DNA from: the human T2T-CHM13v2.0 reference genome, Homo sapiens
Strand: one strand, 5' to 3'
Assembly (NCBI RefSeq): GCF_009914755.1
Contig: NC_060934.1
DNA: 64,000 nt
The notes beneath the pieces were generated by a model. That model had not been told where the DNA came from. It worked only from the letters and a program-made list of their open reading frames with translations, and ran no database searches. Positions within the stretch are counted from its first letter, which is position 1, and each line of letters begins with the position of its first letter. A program made the position numbers and the translations under genes. Below, piece after piece: positions 56,580 through 64,000 of the stretch.

Positions 56580-57521
56580 CACAGTTTAATGAGTGCTTAC
56601 TATATGCCAAGTACTATGTTGAGACTAGGTATAGACCAGTGAGCAAAACTGACAGGTCTCTTACAGCCCAGTAGCAGAGACAGACAAACATGCAAATATA
56701 TGCAAAATTATTAATTGTGAGAAATCAAATGAAAGCCAAGAACAGGACGCTGTAAGAAAGAATTCAGCTGAAGGAGAATTAGACTGGAGAGAACTTGGAA
56801 TCTGAATCAACATAGGATGATGTCTCTAAGGAGAGGACATTTACACAGGAGAATGAGTGGAAGAAAAAGTCTCCTGGGCTTAAGAAAAGAAGGTCCTGAC
56901 TCAGTGATAAGGAGTTACCAGTATTAAGAGAAGGTCAGTAGGCCCAGTGTTTTCTTGAGCAAGGCAGAGGGTCATCAAATGGTGTTTGGAAGGGAGGCCT
57001 GGGCCATGTGACTCAGAAGTCTACAGGTCCTGTGGAGGATTTATCCTAAGTAGAATAGGAATGTGCTAAAGTATTTGAAACAGGGAATGGCATGACTAGA
57101 GAAACATTTTTAAAGCATTATTCTACTGAAGTATTCTACTGGGCTCTAATGGTTCTACTATTGTATTGGGTGAAATTCTGTGATGTCTGGAGTTTGCTTT
57201 AATAAATATTCCAGATATAAAGAAAGAAAATGTGGGAGTGCCAAGGGAAATGATAACAGATAAAATAAAACTGTCAAAATATTGAAAGTTGCTAAGACTG
57301 GGTGATAAGTACATGGGAATTTGTTATACATCTCCTTGTGTTTTTGGGGTATGTTTGAAATTTTTTAAAATAAAAAGTTATTTTTCAAAAAGATAAAGAG
57401 TGAGCTTTGGCTCTGAGATTACCAGTTCAATTCTGCCACTTACTATTAGGTATGTGATTTTAGAAAAGTGATTTTTCTTCTATAATCTTTAGTTTTCACA
57501 TGTATGGAATAGTGATAATGA

Positions 57522-58026
<505 letters not shown>

Positions 58027-58247
58027 GCATATATATATATGTATATATATTTAAACCATTCTGGTGTCTGTAGGGAAAATGGATGGGAGCAATGAACGGT
58101 GATGTAAAAGATCAGTTAAGAGCAATTGGTGAGTTCAGCTGAGTAGCACTGGAGCAATGGGGAAGGAGTGACATCGATTAAGGAGCCGCTGGAAAATGGA
58201 TGGTGCTGAAAGCCCTGCAAAAAACCAAGATCTCCTGAGATAGTTCC

Positions 58248-59120
58248 CAGGGGTTCTTGACTCCTCCAACTTTTTTTTTTTTTTTTTTTTTTTGCCATGG
58301 ACTCCTTTGGCAGTGATAAAGCCTATAGGCTCCTTCTCAGAATGATGTTTTAAGATGCATAAAATAAAAGGCATAGGATAACACAGAAAATTATCTTGAA
58401 ATACAGTTACTAAAACGTTTAAAAAGTAATTTTTGATATAGTAAAAAGTTTTTTAATAATGTATTAAGTAACTAGATCCAGAAGGCTGAAATATTGAGGT
58501 GGGGATGAGCATATATATTTCAAGCTATCTAAGTATAATGTGACATAAAAATATTGATTCTTTGTATTAGTAACTGTCACAGTTCAGTTTCCCCAGAAAG
58601 CAGAATCTAAGCTGGAGATTGGCATTTGGGGAGTTTGCTAGGGAACGCTCTTGACATCAACATGAGGGAAGGCAAGGTGGAACTGGTCAGAGAAGGATGA
58701 CATTGAGCTGTGATGAAGTCTGAGAGGAAGCTTCAGCCAACCTTACAGAAGGTCTGAAGATTATATGACCCTTCAGAAGTGCCCTGAATCAAAGAGGGCC
58801 AGGTGTTTATTACCCAGCTGAGGTGGCTCTCTGCAACTGAGGCCATTTCCCTGGGGCTGCCAGCTGAGGGCACTCTGCCAACAGCTTTCATAGTAGCTGG
58901 GGTAAGTCCTCATTTCTGAAAGAAGATCTAGGTGTAACATTATAACATCAATCACAGTGACAAATTTATAGGTTCGGCAAGTTCCACTGTGGCTTGCTGC
59001 CTACATTCACAGTTGAAGAAAAGACTGAATTTCGGTTAGAGATTAGTGGAAATGAAAATGTAATTTTAAAATCCTATCCAAATTCACAAACCCCACATGG
59101 ACCCCAGGTTAAGAATACTT
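58248..59120 (+). mobile_element. hAT-Charlie DNA element (Charlie4-like) interrupted by an LTR
   Basis: caggggttctt...gccatggactcctttggcag...gaccccaggttaagaa. Confidence 0.6.
58575..58956 (-). mobile_element. LTR16-type ERVL solo LTR
   Basis: TG...CA ends, 5-bp TSD gtaac/gtgac. Confidence 0.7.
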
Positions 59121-61261
59121 GTGAGTGAGAAGGGGGCCCCATATTCAGAGAGGCTGGTCAGGCTCTGTTGTTTGCTGGAACACAGTAAGCTGTCTTCTGC
59201 TGTAGGGAAAAATGAGCAGATTGAACCTAAGCATTAAAATAAAAAAATGAGCAGGGAAAGTGTGTTTTCCAGAGCAAGAATGATGCCCAGGAACAAAGCA
59301 AGTCAGACAGGATAGAGTCCACAGTACCAGAGAGAAAGACACAGATTGATGTGCAGCTGCCTGAGTCTACTTTTGAATTACAGATTTTAATCCTTCATGA
59401 AACCAAACAATACCTCCAGCTCTTGGTGTAGAAACACTCCTATGTCTTTATAATGTTATTTTCTCATGTAAGCTAGTTTAAGTAGGTTTCTGCTGCTTAC
59501 AAGCTGACGTATCTTGTTGAATACAGAGATACTTTAAAACTCCTCCCTTAACACACACATACACAGAAATTCTTGAAATTTGCAGGAGTTTGGGGTGAGG
59601 AGCATCTAGCAAGGAACATGGAGTTGGGAATGGTTGAAGCATTGCTGCTGGGATCTATTAAGGCTCTGAGCTCTCCATGAAAGTATTGGCTTTCTCTTTG
59701 ATGGCCTTTGCTGTATTGGATAACTCATCTACAAAAATGACTTATTTTTAATGTAGAACTGTGATAAACTTCAACATTTTGATGATTATCATGCTTTAAA
59801 ACGAGAATAAAGATAGCTATTATATTTTTTAATTTGACAGAGTAGTGCAGGCAATAATGAAATGGTATTCATCTGAATAGCAATCTTTATTTTTAAAATC
59901 CAAAGGCACTCAATAATGTGATCTGTGCACTTTGCTATTATGATGATATATAGCATATAAAATGTTAAGCACGTCTAACATTTAATTCATTTCAATCATA
60001 CCAGTCAAGATATAATAAATCAACAAAACCAACAACTCCCTCCCAAACATTACCTAGTGAACTACTCTTAGCTTTTTTATTTAGTCACGAAATTTGAAAA
60101 TTATCTCTGAATTAGCATAGCTATTCACATTATTTTCCCCAACAACAAAAGAAATGCCACTGTAATAGTTGCTTAGTACTTTTTAACATGAAATTGATGT
60201 TAGTGACAGATTTTCAAGCATGTAATTTGTCTCAACATGTGTGTCCTTTTATTTGTAAAAACTCCCAGGACTGAAGAATGAAGTTTCAAAAAGTTATTTA
60301 TTGTGTCTCCTGGCAGGGTAGAATCCACGGAAAACAATCAACTAACAGAACTGTGTGATGGTCTATAAGATTTGGAATTATACCATTGTTATAGAGGGGA
60401 AATAAAAGACATTTCTCCTGTACCAGCTTCTCCTCCCCCACCACCCCTAGTAAGAAGTGGAAAATGAATATACCAAATGAACATACTTGGATTTGATTTT
60501 ATGATTTGATTTTTATGATGGAACGTCTTGTAAATGGGAGCAGATTCCTAAAAAAATTACAATGCCAGCCCAGTTCTAAGCACTGCATCCCCAATTACTT
60601 TGAAAAGAGGCTCTTGTAAGCCAACTGTGCAGTCACCTCTGATTATAAGGTTTGGAAGGAGTATCTTCCAGGACCTACCCTTAGCCTGATTCAGCAGATG
60701 ACAATCCATTTCCTTTTAAACTTTTTTTTTTGCATCAGAAGATGCAGTAAGTTGTAAGTATTACACAGAATACTTAGGCACAGAAAACACAATAAGTAGT
60801 AAGATGTGTCTCTTAAGGGGCTCACAATTAAGTATGAAAAGAGATTATTAGAGAAACAAAGAGTTAAATCTTCTAATAGAGGTGGTGGTAGAAAGGTGTG
60901 TTGTAACCAGTCTCTGGTCAAAATGAAACCAATTTTGGCTAGAGGAATCAGGGATCTGGTTATACAGAACCCAAAGGACTTATAGTTGGTGAAAAAAGGA
61001 AGCAGCAAGTAGAGCAAAGATGGGTTGTCCAACTCCCCTTGATTGCACTCTCTCCAGGGGAGGGAACAATAACCCCTTACTCCTTGAGACCAGTCAACAT
61101 GTGTTTGCCCTTGAGATAGCTTTCCCTAGTGTCTCTGGGGAGCTAGGAAACAACAGGTTAGGGTCTTTGTAATTCTTGCCTCTGCCAGGGCCTTGGCCAG
61201 AGATCTGGGAGGACAACAGACTCTTCCCCTATGTGCTGCTAGAAAACTGGTTTAATACTGT

Positions 61262-61588
61262 TTTCTTTTCTTTCTTTCTTAATTTTTTTAAGAGACAGGA
61301 TCTCACTTTGTTGTTCAGGCTGTAGTGCAGTGGGGCAGTTGTGGCCCACTGCAGCCTCAACCCCCTGGGCTCAAGTAATCTTCCTGCCTCAGGCTCCTGA
61401 GAACCTAGGACAACAGGTGCTCGCTGCCATGCCTGGCTTTTTTTTTTTTTTTTTTTTTTTTTAAATTGTTGGTAGAGACAGGGTCTCTTTATGTTGCCCA
61501 GGCTGGTCTTGAATTCCTGGCCTCAAGTGATCCTTCTACTTCAGCCTTTTAAAGTGCTGGGATTATAGGCATCAGCCACCAACCCAGC
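61262..61588 (-). mobile_element. AluJ-type SINE
   Basis: Reverse dimer with expanded poly-T linker. Confidence 0.88.
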
Positions 61589-61665
61589 TGCTTGTAACAT
61601 TCTTGAAATGTTGACTCCATTGGAGTGACCAGCAGAGCTTGCCATGCCTCCCGATCTGTACTCTT

Positions 61666-62089
61666 TGCTGTAGTTTAGATATTTGTCCGCTTCAAATCTC
61701 ATGTTGAAATCTGATCCCCAGTGTTGGAAGTCGGGTTTAGTGGGAGGTGTTTGGATCATAAGGATGGATCCCTCATAAATAGATTAATGCCCTGCCATGG
61801 TGAGAGTAGTGAGTGAGTTCTCTATTAGTTTTCCCAAGAGCTGGTTTTTTAAAAGAGCCCGGTGCTTCCCTCTCTCTCTTGCTTCCTCTCTCACCCTGTG
61901 ATCTCTGCACACACTGGCTCCCCTTCCCCTTTTGCCATGAGTGGAAGCAACCTCCAGCCTTTACCTGATGTAGATACTGGTGCTGATTTTTGTACAGCCT
62001 ATAGAATTGTGACCTAAACAAACCTCCTTTTCTTTATAAATTACCCAGACTCAGATATTCCTTTATAGTAACACAAACAGATTAAGACA
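61666..62089 (+). mobile_element. MSTB-like MaLR solo LTR
   Basis: tgctgtagtttagat...tttataaattacccagactcag...acagattaagaca. Confidence 0.82.
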
Positions 62090-62609
62090 CTTCCCACCCA
62101 GTTGTCTCTCAGACCTCATTACGGTTATTCTTCTTACATGTGTTCCACTTTAGCTGCTTGGGTCCCCATGCTTTTCTCAACACACACGCTGGTGCTCCTT
62201 CTTGCCTTTGCATTGTCGTCCCCTCTCCTGGGAACATGCCTCCTTTAGTGACCTGAATGGCTCACCACTTCACCTCCTGTAGGTCTTTGCTTTGGTGTCA
62301 CCTTCTCAGTGTGGCCTTCCCTGGCCATCCTGTTTGACACTGGCCCTACTTCTTTCCAGAGTTCTATCTTTCCTGCTTGATTTTCCTCTGTTGTACTCAT
62401 CCCTACCCACATACTTTGTATTCCTCTTTTTTAATTTGTTTATTGCCTTTTTTCCTCCTTTAGACCACAAGCTCCATGAGGACAGAAATTTTGGTCTGCT
62501 TTATCCCCTGATCTCTCCCCAGCACCTAGCACATTGTACCTGGTGTATAATACATTTTTTTAAGATCTCTCCCCAGTACCTAGCACATTGTACCTGGTGC
62601 ATAATACAA

Positions 62610-63120
<511 letters not shown>

Positions 63121-63554
63121 CCTTACAAATATTTTAGAGTTAAATTAAATATATATACATTTCAAAACTTTTCCTTTTTATAGAATATGTGCCCCAAACG
63201 GCCAATATTCGAACTGTTTTCTCACTATTTTTTTGTAGGGTGAGCTTGCTGATAGCCATATGTGCTAGCCAATACTGGATTTTCTGATTTCTTTATTCAT
63301 TTAAAAATTATCCTTTATGGTGACTTTATTATTGAGCTCTCCTCTTCTGCTTGTGTACTGTGCAGTCTACTATGGGAGGAGTGAGTCCAGTTAAGGTGCC
63401 CTTCTTTAAGGGGAGGCCTGCTAAGTGGATCTTCTCTAGATAGTGAGGAGAACTGGTGAGTGAGCAATCTAGACCAGAACATGTATAATACTGGAGGGGT
63501 CTTTAGCCCAGAGATTTACAAAGAAGGCCAAAGGATTTATCAGTAATTACCCTA

Positions 63555-63858
63555 TCTATGTAATACATGTAGATAAAGATAGATAGGCATGTATATGCAT
63601 ATATACAGATACCTATGTATATATCTATCTATATACATATATACATGTAGATATATACATACCTATATACATGTAGAAATATAGATGTAGATATAAATAT
63701 ATATATATGTGTATAGAGATATGTGTAGACATATATAGATGTATACATATATAGATAGATAGGTCTATATAGAAAACCATCTATCTATATCTAGATAGAG
63801 ATATGTATTGATAGATATCTCTCCCTATCTATCTCTAGATAGATTATCTAATCTATCT
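63555..63858. repeat. (TA)/(TAGA)/(TCTA) low-complexity tract
   Basis: Read directly. Confidence 0.85.
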
Positions 63859-64000
63859 GTAAAACTATCTTAAAACCATACTAATTTAAAAATCAAGATT
63901 CATCTTAATTTAAAAATCTTAATTTAAAAGTTAAGAACCATCTTTATTTTGTGGTTCATATACACCATGGAATGTTAGGCAGCCATAAAAGAGAGTGAGA

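Noticed and set aside
60691-61032. 113-aa minus-strand ORF in unique DNA
   Set aside because: Non-ATG start, no recognisable domain or exon context

Overview
Primate (human-like) non-coding genomic DNA, dominated by interspersed repeats: about 22 Alu copies, one near-full-length decayed L1PA (17.6-23.9 kb), several L1 3' fragments, L2/MIR, a complete THE1 MaLR element with a HERV-K(HML-2) LTR5 solo LTR nested in it, other MaLR/ERVL LTRs and DNA-transposon relics. I see no intact protein-coding gene; the ORF track is almost entirely Alu, L1, LTR or low-complexity translation. The main unexpected signal is a 139-bp non-L1 insert in the L1 (23337-23475, minus strand). It reads as an open frame nearly identical to a coiled-coil segment of AKAP9, has no poly(A) or TSD, and appears (from recall, needs checking) to match one AKAP9 exon. 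The window also has several local templated-insertion scars, including a 116-bp copy with a fold-back junction at 49.7 kb, and a strong CTCF motif in a CpG-retaining patch at 48.8 kb. All repeat family and subfamily names are assigned by eye from remembered consensus sequences, and boundaries of old repeats are approximate.
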